Assembly: GCA_965197475.1 (NCBI GenBank)
Contig: CBDANF010000002.1
Coordinates: 1,088,001 to 1,152,000 of the forward strand
Reading direction: 5' to 3'
Length of the DNA: 64,000 nt
Source of the DNA: Candidatus Poribacteria bacterium
GTDB lineage: Bacteria > Poribacteria > WGA-4E > WGA-3G
The notes under the pieces were generated by a model. That model saw only the letters and a list, made by a program, of their open reading frames with translations, was not told the origin of the DNA and did no database searches. The position numbers were made by a program, and so were the translations under genes. This document shows positions 52,143 to 61,344 of the stretch, one piece after another (position 1 is the first letter of the stretch; every line of letters starts with the position of its first letter).

Positions 52143-53291
52143 ATGAAAACTGTCTTGAAAGAAATCATAATGAGCCGTCCTGTTATTATTACCTTCATTG
52201 GCTGCCTACTCTTTTTCGGTTCACTGCTGCTTTTTGTAATCAAAGGGTGTAATAATGAAGCTGGCAAAAGTATAATAAACGAGATCCATCCCTATATATC
52301 GGAAGCAGACCTTAACTCAACTGAACCGATAGCAGTTGCGCCTTTTCCTGAACCCTCACTGGAGGGACTTGTGGCACAACTGAAAGCGGAACTTGGGCTT
52401 ACCGATGCGGAGATAGCAGCGGATGCGGAACTTATAGCGAAAGAACGCGAACTTGACATCGTAAACTACATGGACAGTCGCCGTGGTTCCGAAGCGAGGC
52501 AGGCTGCGTGGGAACAACGTAAGCGACTCGCTGTTGCGAAACCTGAACTGCTATGGACACCCGGCTTCGTCTTACCGCCCGCACTTGATGTAATGGAGTT
52601 AAAAGATATATCTTTATATAACTACGATACGAAACAAGGTGAAGATTTTACAATCACCTCAGAACAACAGCAAAGAATCTATGAACAGCGAGACAAAGCA
52701 AGGAGAGATGAAATTTCTTCGGAAGAATCTCGTAGAGAAGCTGGGAAAATTCGGGTGGAGAACCTTGATCCCTTAACTGCTGCGAAGCATTTTCTAACAT
52801 ATTCAGGCGTAGGTTCCGTAAACGCAGAACTCGGTATTGAATACGCCGAGCGCGCCATTAATGAAAACCCCGATTCCTTTGAGGCACATCATGTCTGGAC
52901 ATTCTGCAACCGCATGTTCTATTTGGGAACAGACAACGAGAAAGTGATAGCAGGGTACCGCAATCTGGTTGACAGATTCCCGAATTCCTCCATTGCACTT
53001 CAAGATCTGAGTTGGGCACTGTATCATTTGTATTCGGGCCCGGATTTGTATGCCTACCCAGAGGAGGCACTCGATGCTGTCCAACGCGCAATTCAACTTG
53101 ATGACCGCATTGAACGAAATAATCAATTATTAGCTCGTTGTTATCATAATCTTGGCGAGTATGAAAAAGCACTTGCTGTTTACCAAGGGATGTCCGAAGT
53201 ATACTATGGTCATGGTGGGGGTCTTCTCACACCTATTTATCAGCTGCAACGCAAAGTTTACAATCAACGGCAGCAACAACAAGGCGAATAA
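52143..53291 (+). CDS. membrane-anchored TPR protein, array copy 3
   Basis: 382 aa paralog. Confidence 0.85.
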   Translation: MKTVLKEIIMSRPVIITFIGCLLFFGSLLLFVIKGCNNEAGKSIINEIHPYISEADLNSTEPIAVAPFPEPSLEGLVAQLKAELGLTDAEIAADAELIAKERELDIVNYMDSRRGSEARQAAWEQRKRLAVAKPELLWTPGFVLPPALDVMELKDISLYNYDTKQGEDFTITSEQQQRIYEQRDKARRDEISSEESRREAGKIRVENLDPLTAAKHFLTYSGVGSVNAELGIEYAERAINENPDSFEAHHVWTFCNRMFYLGTDNEKVIAGYRNLVDRFPNSSIALQDLSWALYHLYSGPDLYAYPEEALDAVQRAIQLDDRIERNNQLLARCYHNLGEYEKALAVYQGMSEVYYGHGGGLLTPIYQLQRKVYNQRQQQQGE

Positions 53292-53340
53292 TGTCAAAGA
53301 GAAACAGAAACCGTAACAATCAGGGACTGACGCTGCAAAA

Positions 53341-53813
53341 TAGACATTATAACGTTTTCAGGACGGACGCATTTTTTCTTAAAGTCCCACTGATAAGGGG
53401 GATTTAGGGGGTTAAAAACACCAAAATAAGGACTTTTAACCCCCCTAACCCCCCTTATCAAGGGGGAATGCGTAAGTCCTGGTTTTAATTGTGAGTTATT
53501 ATTGGTCTATGGTCCAATCTTATGTTCGTCCGTTGGGTAGATTAGGTGTCGCGCGCAACTTTCTGAATCGCGGATTATCGCGGATTACACCAAATCAACG
53601 GTATGAATGCCTTTTTGGCATTCCCCGGATTTCACGGATTATTGGACACTGGTGACAACAAGTCGTTTTCATAATGTGATGTCAATAACAGAAGCCGTCC
53701 ATCCATCCGTTGAATGTGCGGATACAAGACTCATAAAATCCGCGCAATCCGATAAATCCGCGTAAATCCGCGATTCTGACAACACAACGCCGATTAAATC
53801 ATTATAATGTCTA
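53341..53813. mobile_element. composite nested repeat element containing MITE A (53359-53481, TSD gtttt) and family B
   Basis: Inverted ends tagacattataa / ttataatgtcta; matching copy at 55145-55617. Confidence 0.7.
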
Positions 53814-53845
53814 ATCTTTATGTTACCACAAAAAGGAGTTTAATC

Positions 53846-53902
53846 ATGTCAAAAACTATAATTTTTTGTTTAACTTTCTTACTTATCGGTATTTTGCTAT
53901 AA
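53846..53902 (+). pseudogene. 5' stub of the peptidase gene (MSKTIIFCLTFLLIGILL*)
   Basis: First 45 nt identical to 55650-55694, then joins the TPR promoter sequence. Confidence 0.8.
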
Positions 53903-53970
53903 TATCCCATACGCATTCACAAACATTGAAGTTATCACCTCATCTGTACCACAAAAAAGGAGAAATTCAC

Positions 53971-55095
53971 ATGAAAACTGTCTTGAAAGAAATCATAATG
54001 AGTCGTCCTGTTATTATTACCTTCATTGGCTGCCTACTCTTTTTCGGTTCACTGCTGCTTTTTGTAATCAAAGGGTGTAATAATGAAGCTGGCAAGAGTA
54101 TAATAAACGAGATCCATCCCTATATATCGGAAGCAGACCTTAACTCAACCGAACCGATAGCAGTTCCGCCTTTTCCTGAACCCTCACTGGAGGGACTTGT
54201 GGCACAACTGAAAGCGGAACTTGGGCTTACCGATGCGGAGATAGCAGCGGATGCGGAACTTATAGCGAAAGAACGCGAACTTGACATCGTAAACTACATG
54301 GACAGTCGCCGTGGTTCCGAAGCGAGGCAGGCTGCGTGGGAACAACGTAAGCGACTCGCTGTTGCGAAACCTGAACTGCTATGGACACCCGGCTTCGTCT
54401 TACCGCCCGCACTTGATGTAATGGAGTTAAGAGATATATCTTTATATAACTACGATACGAAACAAGGTGAAGATTTTACAATTACCTCAGAACAACGGCA
54501 AAGAATGTCTAACCTGCGAAACCAAGCACAGAGAGGTGAAATTTCTGATGAAGAATATAGTAGAGAAGCTGGGAAAATTCGGGTTGAGAACCTTGATCCC
54601 TTAACTGCTGCGAAGTATTTTCTAACATATTCAAGCGTAGGTTCCATAAAAGCAGAACTCGGTATTGAATACGCCGAGCGCGCCATTAATGAAAACCCCA
54701 ATTCCTTTGAGGCACATCATGTCTGGGCACTCTGCAACCGCGAGTATTATTTTCAAACAGACAATGAGAAAACAATAGAGGGGTTCCGCAATCTGGTTAA
54801 CAGATTTCCGAACTCCTCCATCGCACTTCAAGAACTTTGTTTGATAACCCGTTTCACCCACCCGGAGGAGGCACTTGATGCCGTCCAACGCGCAATTCAA
54901 CTTGATGACCGCATTGAACGAAATAATGAATTATTAGCTCATTGTTATCATAAACTCGGGGAATATGAGAAGGCACTTGCTGTTTACCAAGGAATGTCTG
55001 AAGTATACTATGGACACGGTGGTGGTCTTCTCACCTTTATTTATCAACTTCAACGCAAAGTTTACAATCAGCGGCAGCAACAACAAGGCGAATAA
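53971..55095 (+). CDS. membrane-anchored TPR protein, array copy 4 (374 aa, divergent TPR segment)
   Basis: AAGGAG RBS before ATG 53971; 8 aa shorter than copies 1-3. Confidence 0.85.
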   Translation: MKTVLKEIIMSRPVIITFIGCLLFFGSLLLFVIKGCNNEAGKSIINEIHPYISEADLNSTEPIAVPPFPEPSLEGLVAQLKAELGLTDAEIAADAELIAKERELDIVNYMDSRRGSEARQAAWEQRKRLAVAKPELLWTPGFVLPPALDVMELRDISLYNYDTKQGEDFTITSEQRQRMSNLRNQAQRGEISDEEYSREAGKIRVENLDPLTAAKYFLTYSSVGSIKAELGIEYAERAINENPNSFEAHHVWALCNREYYFQTDNEKTIEGFRNLVNRFPNSSIALQELCLITRFTHPEEALDAVQRAIQLDDRIERNNELLAHCYHKLGEYEKALAVYQGMSEVYYGHGGGLLTFIYQLQRKVYNQRQQQQGE

Positions 55096-55144
55096 TGTCA
55101 AAGAGAAACAGAAACCGTAACAATCAGGGACTGACGCTGCAAAA

Positions 55145-55617
55145 TAGACATTATAACGTTTTCAGGACGGACGCATTTTTTCTTAAAGTCCCACTGATAA
55201 GGGGGATTTAGGGGGTTAAAAACACCAAAATAAGGACTTTTAACCCCCCTAACCCCCCTTATCAAGGGGGAATGCGTAAGTCCTGGTTTTAATTGTGAGT
55301 TATTATTGGTCTATGGTCCAATCTTATGTTCGTCCGTTGGGTAGATTAGGTGTCGCGCGCAACTTTCTGAATCGCGGATTATCGCGGATTACACCAAATC
55401 AACGGTATGAATGCCTTTTTGGCATTCCCCGGATTTCACGGATTATTGGACACTGGTGACAACAAGTCGTTTTCATAATGTGATGTCAATAACAGAAGCC
55501 GTCCATCCATCCGTTGAATGTGCGGATACAAGACTCATAAAATCCGCGCAATCCGATAAATCCGCGTAAATCCGCGATTCTGACAACACAACGCCGATTA
55601 AATCATTATAATGTCTA
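55145..55617. mobile_element. composite nested repeat element with MITE A (55163-55285)
   Basis: Copy of 53341-53813. Confidence 0.7.
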
Positions 55618-55649
55618 ATCTTTATGTTACCACAAAAAGGAGTTTAATC

Positions 55650-58619
55650 ATGTCAAAAACTATAATTTTTTGTTTAACTTTCTTACTTATCGGTGTCTTT
55701 GCCGCAACGGACATCGCACAAGCACAGACGTTGACGATAAGCCCTAAAAATCAAGATACATACAACGACTGGGAACCAACGAATGGGGGCACCCTCACTT
55801 TTACTGTCAACGTTAGCAACTTATCTGCTGCGAATATCACTGGCGGTAAAATCAGTTTTGACTTTGAGACGGTGTCGAGGTGGCATGGGATCTGTATGAA
55901 TGACGGAGAATGTAAAGCCCCAGAAGACCCAGACCTCTACTTTGACAGCACTCAGACGACCTATACTGCGCCACGCTGGCAACAATCGAGCGAATCTTCA
56001 GACAGCAGCACTTCACCAAGAGTAGATGCTGTGTGGAATTCGAGTGATAATCTCAATAACTTTTCAATTGATGTCAAAGTACTATGCAGGGATTACGGTG
56101 CATTCGGTATCCTTCGGGTAAAACTCTATAAAAGCACCTCATCTTCATCCTATGTATTTGTAAAGGAAGTTGGAATCGTCATCCCGAAAGATGACAATGG
56201 CAATTATATGGCAGACAAAAGCGACACAAAATATGGGTATACAAACCCAGCCATTGATGCTGAATCCGGTCCTGATGATGGATCAGGTGTTGAGGAAAAT
56301 AACAACTATGGAGATGGACTCGTCGAATTTGAGGAATACCGTGGGGCTATGATAGACGGGGTGCATAAACGTCTCAAGCCAACGGAGAAAGACATTTTCG
56401 TCTATAGCCAGTTCACCACTTTAGGCATTGGTGATGCATCCAACTTGCCCAGCACGACCTTTAAAGTGCATGAGATACGGATACGTGAAACGAAAGATGA
56501 AGACGATGATCGAACGGTAAACTACAATTCTTTAGGCACCCCAACCCAGTTCGGTGCAGTGGATGCGTGGCGTGTGCAAAATACAAAGGCTCTCTGGATA
56601 ACTCCCACGTCTTCAGGTACCTACTTAGGAATAGTAAGTGCGGTTGCTGCGCCTCCTGATGTAGAATCAGTTAAAATCAATGAAACAAACATTAGAAATT
56701 ACCTTACCAGTATCCAGAACGGTACGCCCCGGACAAACCTAACAGCAAATCAGTTCATTCGTTTTGTTATCGGGCATGAAATGGGACATGGGGTAGCAGT
56801 TAACCATCCTTGGCACACACCCGTCCCTTCCGGTTCTTCTAATCCGCCTGTTGATGGTGGTTGGTATGGTTTTAGTGGTAATCTTTCGCATATACGCACT
56901 CCGAGTATAGTTGCGGCTTTGCTATCACATTTTGATAGTTATTGGAATGTCAATACGGCTCCAGCAAAATGGACGATACCTGTCAACAGCTATACGGATG
57001 ATTTGCCACTGGATAGTTCCGCATCAAGTTTTAAGTATCAGTACGGTTCTACTATTATGGATTATCCAATACCTTTTAGCGACATAACTGACGCGAATAA
57101 TAACACAATAGATAGAGAAGGTATTTTCCCCGCGTCAACTTTTCATAGTCTCCACAATTGGGAATATCAATTGCTGGGTGATGGTGTGGCATCTCAGGAA
57201 ACTGCTGAGTGGACACGTCGCACCGTTTCTGCGGATCCATCCAGCGAGGCAAACTTTGGAGATTCAGCCAATTCGGGTAATGGTGATAGCACTGATGGGA
57301 GTAATGGCGGTAGCACAGAAACTAATGGCGATAGCACAGAAACTAATGGTGATAGCACAGAAACTAATGGCGGTAGCACAGAAACTAATGGTGATAGCAC
57401 AGAAACTAATGGTGATAGCACAGAAACTACTAGTGATGGCACAGAAACTAATGGCGGTGGCACAAGCACTACACCGCCAGGTGCACCGAGAGATTTGCTC
57501 GTCTCATCAGAAGGTGATGGTCAGGTCAGTTTATCATGGACAGCCCCAACCGATACAGGGAGTTCTTCAATTGACAATTATGAATATCAGTATAGCGAAA
57601 GCAGCCCCGAGAGTTGGAGCGGTTGGATATCAACGGGTAACGATGGAAACTCTATAACTGGTACGAGTGTAGATGTTACGGGGTTGACCAACGATACGGA
57701 ATACAAGTTCCAGGTGCGCGCCGTGAGTAGCGCGGGAGAGAGCCCAGAATCAGACACAGTGACCGGAAGCCCCCAAGCACCGGTCATAATAACAGTGCCC
57801 GCAGCCCCTGCTTGGAGTGATATACCGGATCCGTATAACCTTACCGTTGGTGATTATTTTTGTTTAGACTTGAGTAGTTATGTGTCTGGGAGCCCGACTA
57901 TAGCCAGGACTTTGGGTAGGATACCTGCTGGATTATCCCTTAGTAATGGTGTCTTGAGTGGAACGGTGACAACGGTTGAAACTCGGTATCTTAAGTTTAC
58001 GGCGACCAATCTCGGAGGTTCCGTACAAAGTGAGTGGGTTGATATCGTTGTAACTGCCGCCTCTACGCCAACGGTGACAGTGCCTGTTTGGAGCGATATA
58101 CCGGATCCGTACAATCTTATCGTTGGTGATTATTTTAGTTTAGACTTGAATAGTTATGTGTCTGGGAGCCTGACTATAACCAAGAACGCTGGTGCTATAC
58201 CTGCGGGGTTGTCACTGAGTAATGGTGTCCTGAGTGGCACGGTCACAACCGTTGAAAGTCGGGGTCTCCAATTTACTGCGACAAATACCGAAGGGTCCGC
58301 ACAGAGCGAATGGGTCCAAATTGTCGTTACTGCCGCCTCTACGCCAACGGTGACAGCCCCTGTTTGGAGTGATATACCGGATCCGTACACCCTTACTGTT
58401 GGTGATTATTTTAGTTTAGACTTGAATAGTTATGTGACGGGAAGTCTGACTATAACCAAGAACGCTGGTGCTATACCTGCGGGGTTGTCACTGAGTAATG
58501 GCATCCTGAATGGCACGGTGACAACCGTTGAAGATCGCAGTATCCAATTTACTGCGACCAATTCTGCAGGTTCCGCACAAAGTGAATGGGTTAATATCAC
58601 CGTTCAAGCTGCTCAATGA
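55650..58619 (+). CDS. secreted zinc metallopeptidase (HEMGHGVAVNH) with STETNG linker, FN3 domain and three Ig-like repeats
   Basis: AAGGAG RBS, signal peptide ending AQA, STIMDY Met-turn candidate, LSWTAP..GLTN.TEY.F.VRAV, three P.WSDIPDPY...PAGLSLSNG units. Confidence 0.83.
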   Translation: MSKTIIFCLTFLLIGVFAATDIAQAQTLTISPKNQDTYNDWEPTNGGTLTFTVNVSNLSAANITGGKISFDFETVSRWHGICMNDGECKAPEDPDLYFDSTQTTYTAPRWQQSSESSDSSTSPRVDAVWNSSDNLNNFSIDVKVLCRDYGAFGILRVKLYKSTSSSSYVFVKEVGIVIPKDDNGNYMADKSDTKYGYTNPAIDAESGPDDGSGVEENNNYGDGLVEFEEYRGAMIDGVHKRLKPTEKDIFVYSQFTTLGIGDASNLPSTTFKVHEIRIRETKDEDDDRTVNYNSLGTPTQFGAVDAWRVQNTKALWITPTSSGTYLGIVSAVAAPPDVESVKINETNIRNYLTSIQNGTPRTNLTANQFIRFVIGHEMGHGVAVNHPWHTPVPSGSSNPPVDGGWYGFSGNLSHIRTPSIVAALLSHFDSYWNVNTAPAKWTIPVNSYTDDLPLDSSASSFKYQYGSTIMDYPIPFSDITDANNNTIDREGIFPASTFHSLHNWEYQLLGDGVASQETAEWTRRTVSADPSSEANFGDSANSGNGDSTDGSNGGSTETNGDSTETNGDSTETNGGSTETNGDSTETNGDSTETTSDGTETNGGGTSTTPPGAPRDLLVSSEGDGQVSLSWTAPTDTGSSSIDNYEYQYSESSPESWSGWISTGNDGNSITGTSVDVTGLTNDTEYKFQVRAVSSAGESPESDTVTGSPQAPVIITVPAAPAWSDIPDPYNLTVGDYFCLDLSSYVSGSPTIARTLGRIPAGLSLSNGVLSGTVTTVETRYLKFTATNLGGSVQSEWVDIVVTAASTPTVTVPVWSDIPDPYNLIVGDYFSLDLNSYVSGSLTITKNAGAIPAGLSLSNGVLSGTVTTVESRGLQFTATNTEGSAQSEWVQIVVTAASTPTVTAPVWSDIPDPYTLTVGDYFSLDLNSYVTGSLTITKNAGAIPAGLSLSNGILNGTVTTVEDRSIQFTATNSAGSAQSEWVNITVQAAQ
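57312..57458 (+). repeat. 21-bp tandem repeat encoding STETNG(D/G)
   Basis: agcacagaaactaatgg.g.t, 5 near-perfect units plus 2 degenerate units. Confidence 0.9.
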
Positions 58620-58832
58620 CTTGACATTCCTACTGCGGATTTAACGATGACGCGCAATCAATCTTTTAGTTTGGATCTGGATAATTATCTGGTAAACGAT
58701 ATAACGCCAACAATAACTTACGTTGGTCCTTTGCTATCAGGTATAAGTTGAGCAATGGTATCTTATGCAGAACCCCGGGGCACAGACACAAGCTTATTAG
58801 TCGTTTTTGAGGTAACCAACACACGGTTCTGT
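58617..58832 (+). pseudogene. degenerate fourth Ig-like repeat after the peptidase stop
   Basis: In-frame *LDIPTADLTMTRNQSFSLDLDNY...; out-of-frame LSNGIL and VFEVTN. Confidence 0.65.
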
Positions 58833-58836
58833 ATTA

Positions 58837-58991
58837 TAGTAAAATCTGTAATTATCTGGACACTGCTGTAGCGTCCACTTTCAGTTTGCGCAAGGACGAC
58901 ACAAACTAAAAGTTTGTGCTACAAAATATGCGGTAGGAACTGTTTCCCAACTGGACCGATAACAATGTCCAAGTAATTCTAAAATCTACTA
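58837..58991. mobile_element. MITE-like element flanked by TA
   Basis: Inverted ends tagtaaaatctgtaattatctggaca / tgtccaagtaattctaaaatctacta. Confidence 0.6.
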
Positions 58992-59161
58992 TAAAATTGG
59001 AAGAGATTACCGTTAACGATTAGCCTTGACAAATCCTTAAGTTCTGTGATATAGTCTGTGCTACAGTTCTACTAATAAAGTAGTACCAACTTTTTATAGA
59101 CATTGCTTTTGAGCATAAACTTCTGTTGAGTCACAGATTAAAACTTGAAAATGAGGATTAC

Positions 59162-59920
59162 ATGATCAGAGAAGATGGACGAAAAACAGATGAGATGCGT
59201 CCTGTTACCATTAGCCGGAATTATATAAAGCATGCTGAGGGAGCTATTCTTATAGCAACTGGGGATACGAAGGTGATTTGCACCGCATCTGTTGAAGAAC
59301 GCCAGCCGAGATTTATGCGGGACCAGAACATCCGACATAAAGGTTGGGTCACTGCCGAGTATTCAATGCTACCGCGTTCCACTTCTCAACGCATGCAACG
59401 CGAAGCATCGCAAGGCAGGCTTGGCGGGCGAACACAGGAAATTCAACGCCTAATCGGCAGATCACTCCGCGCTGCTGTTGACCTTGATTCATTAGGTGAA
59501 AGAACAATCTGGTTGGACTGCGATGTGATTCAAGCCGATGGTGGCACCCGTACCGCAGCAATTACAGGTGCATTTATGGCACTCTGGGATGCCTGCAAAA
59601 GTCTGCAAAACCAAGGCAAGATTGATGAACTGCCTATCTCTGACAATATCGCTGCAACCAGTGTTGGGATTATCAATGGAATCCCTATGCTTGATCTCTG
59701 CTATACTGAGGACTCGGCTGCCGATGTTGATATGAACATTGTGATGACAGGAAATGGAAAGTTCATTGAGATTCAAGGCACCGCTGAACAAGACCCATTT
59801 TCACGTGAAGATTGTGACCAATTGTTTGACCTATCTGTCAGCGGTATTCAACAACTCATCCGCTTACAGAACCGAATGATGCTTGAGAACCTTGATGAAG
59901 CTAGTTTTGGCAACCCGTAA
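59162..59920 (+). CDS. rph: ribonuclease PH
   Basis: [40 protein letters not shown]. Confidence 0.97.
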   Translation: MIREDGRKTDEMRPVTISRNYIKHAEGAILIATGDTKVICTASVEERQPRFMRDQNIRHKGWVTAEYSMLPRSTSQRMQREASQGRLGGRTQEIQRLIGRSLRAAVDLDSLGERTIWLDCDVIQADGGTRTAAITGAFMALWDACKSLQNQGKIDELPISDNIAATSVGIINGIPMLDLCYTEDSAADVDMNIVMTGNGKFIEIQGTAEQDPFSREDCDQLFDLSVSGIQQLIRLQNRMMLENLDEASFGNP

Positions 59921-60539
59921 CCTCGGAAAAGTAAATGAGCTTACGGCAATGCTTAACACCGACCAACAACATCAGAATATTCAGATTCTCTCGCTTCAGG
60001 ATTTTCCTGATGCGCCAGAGGTCATTGAGGACGGTGGGACATATCAAGAAAACGCCGCAAAGAAAGCTACAGTCATTGCTGATTACACCGGGTACCGCAC
60101 GCTTGCTGATGACGCGGGCTTAGAGGTTGATGCTCTCGGTGGTGCACCAGGTGTTCACTCTAAACGATGGGCAGGTGATGATGTCACTGATGCAATTCGC
60201 GTTCAAAAATTGCTTGAAGCTTTGGAAGGCCTCTCTAATCGGAACGCACGATTTGTTGCAGCAATTGCTATCGCAGAACCTACTTCAACGAATAGCAGTT
60301 ATTCTGGGAGCAATGCCTTACAGCAGTCAAGTACTTCTTCGTCAAAAAGGGTACAGGTTGTTGTTGGTAAATGCGAAGGGCACATAATCCATGCTCCTGC
60401 TGGGGACAGCGGTTTTGGATACGATCCGATCTTTGTTCCTATCGGTTATGAGAAAACTTTTGCTGAATTGGGCGATGCAATCAAAAACCGAATCAGCCAT
60501 AGAAGTGAAGCATTGCGATTGGCACTCAAATTATTATAA
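59895..60539 (+). CDS. rdgB: RdgB/HAM1 non-canonical purine NTP pyrophosphatase
   Basis: [28 protein letters not shown]. Confidence 0.95.
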   Translation: MKLVLATRNLGKVNELTAMLNTDQQHQNIQILSLQDFPDAPEVIEDGGTYQENAAKKATVIADYTGYRTLADDAGLEVDALGGAPGVHSKRWAGDDVTDAIRVQKLLEALEGLSNRNARFVAAIAIAEPTSTNSSYSGSNALQQSSTSSSKRVQVVVGKCEGHIIHAPAGDSGFGYDPIFVPIGYEKTFAELGDAIKNRISHRSEALRLALKLL

Positions 60540-60540
60540 T

Positions 60541-60662
60541 TAGGACTTACGCGTTTCCTCTTAAAGTCCCCTTGATAAGGGGGATTTAGGGGGTTAAATA
60601 ACTGAAATAGCGACTTTTTTGGTGAAATATATTGCTTTTGGACACAATTTGCGTGAGTCCTG
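60541..60662. mobile_element. MITE family A (variant)
   Basis: taggacttacgcg...tgcgtgagtcctg; TSD ataat. Confidence 0.85.
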
Positions 60663-60783
60663 ATAATATAAAGCATCTGTAAGAACTGTACTAATTACAT
60701 TCATCTTTGTAGGAGGGCTTTGTAAGCCTGATTTATATACGCTACAATAGAATTATATTTTGCTGATAGGAGAAAGGAATTTA

Positions 60784-61341
60784 ATGGCAGCACTAAACGA
60801 TTTACGAAACGGATTAGTCATCCGACTTAACAATATTGTCTACACGATTGTAGACTGTGAACATGTGAAACCCGGAAAAGGAGGAGCATTCGCTCGAACC
60901 AAGATTAAACGAGTTCGGGATGGGGCAGTCCTTGACCGCACCTTTCGCACAAACGAAACTATTGAAACAGTCCGACTCACCGACCATGAGATGCAGTTTC
61001 TCTATAGTGAAGGTGAGATGCTGTGGTTTATGGATAACGAAACTTTTGACCAACACGAGTTTCCCGTAGCACTGCTTGGGGATAGTGTGAAATTTTTAAA
61101 AGAGAGTGAAACTGTAACGGTTAAAATGGATGGTACTACGCCGCTTGCTGTTGAACTGCCGACTTTTGTTGAACTCCAAATTGTTGAAACTGATCCCGGT
61201 TTACGAGGCGACACTGTCAGCGGTGGTACAAAACCAGCAAAATTAGAAACAGGTGCTGTGGTAAATGTCCCGCTCTTCGTTAAAAATGAAACCACAATCA
61301 AAGTTGACACTCGGACGGGGAAATATGTTGAAAGGGTTTAA
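60784..61341 (+). CDS. efp: elongation factor P
   Basis: HVKPGKGGAF, PG.RGDT, KPA.LETG, VPLF. Confidence 0.97.
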   Translation: MAALNDLRNGLVIRLNNIVYTIVDCEHVKPGKGGAFARTKIKRVRDGAVLDRTFRTNETIETVRLTDHEMQFLYSEGEMLWFMDNETFDQHEFPVALLGDSVKFLKESETVTVKMDGTTPLAVELPTFVELQIVETDPGLRGDTVSGGTKPAKLETGAVVNVPLFVKNETTIKVDTRTGKYVERV

Positions 61342-61344
61342 AAC

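Noticed and set aside
53866-53970. Longer starts for TPR copy 4 (53866) and the peptidase (55611)
   Set aside because: RBS positions and paralog comparison favour 53971 and 55650; the 55611 ATG lies in a repeat end.
47149-54900. Repeated minus-strand ORFs across the array
   Set aside because: They recur only because the plus-strand genes are duplicated.
46489-55095. Diversity-generating retroelement as the source of array variation
   Set aside because: No reverse transcriptase in the window; differences are block-wise and not evidently adenine-specific.
57312-57458. Possible CRISPR array
   Set aside because: Contiguous 21-bp coding repeats with no spacers; no cas genes in the window.
58617-58619. 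Selenocysteine or recoded TGA readthrough
   Set aside because: Downstream sequence stops and frameshifts within about 45 codons, and TGA terminates many ordinary genes here.
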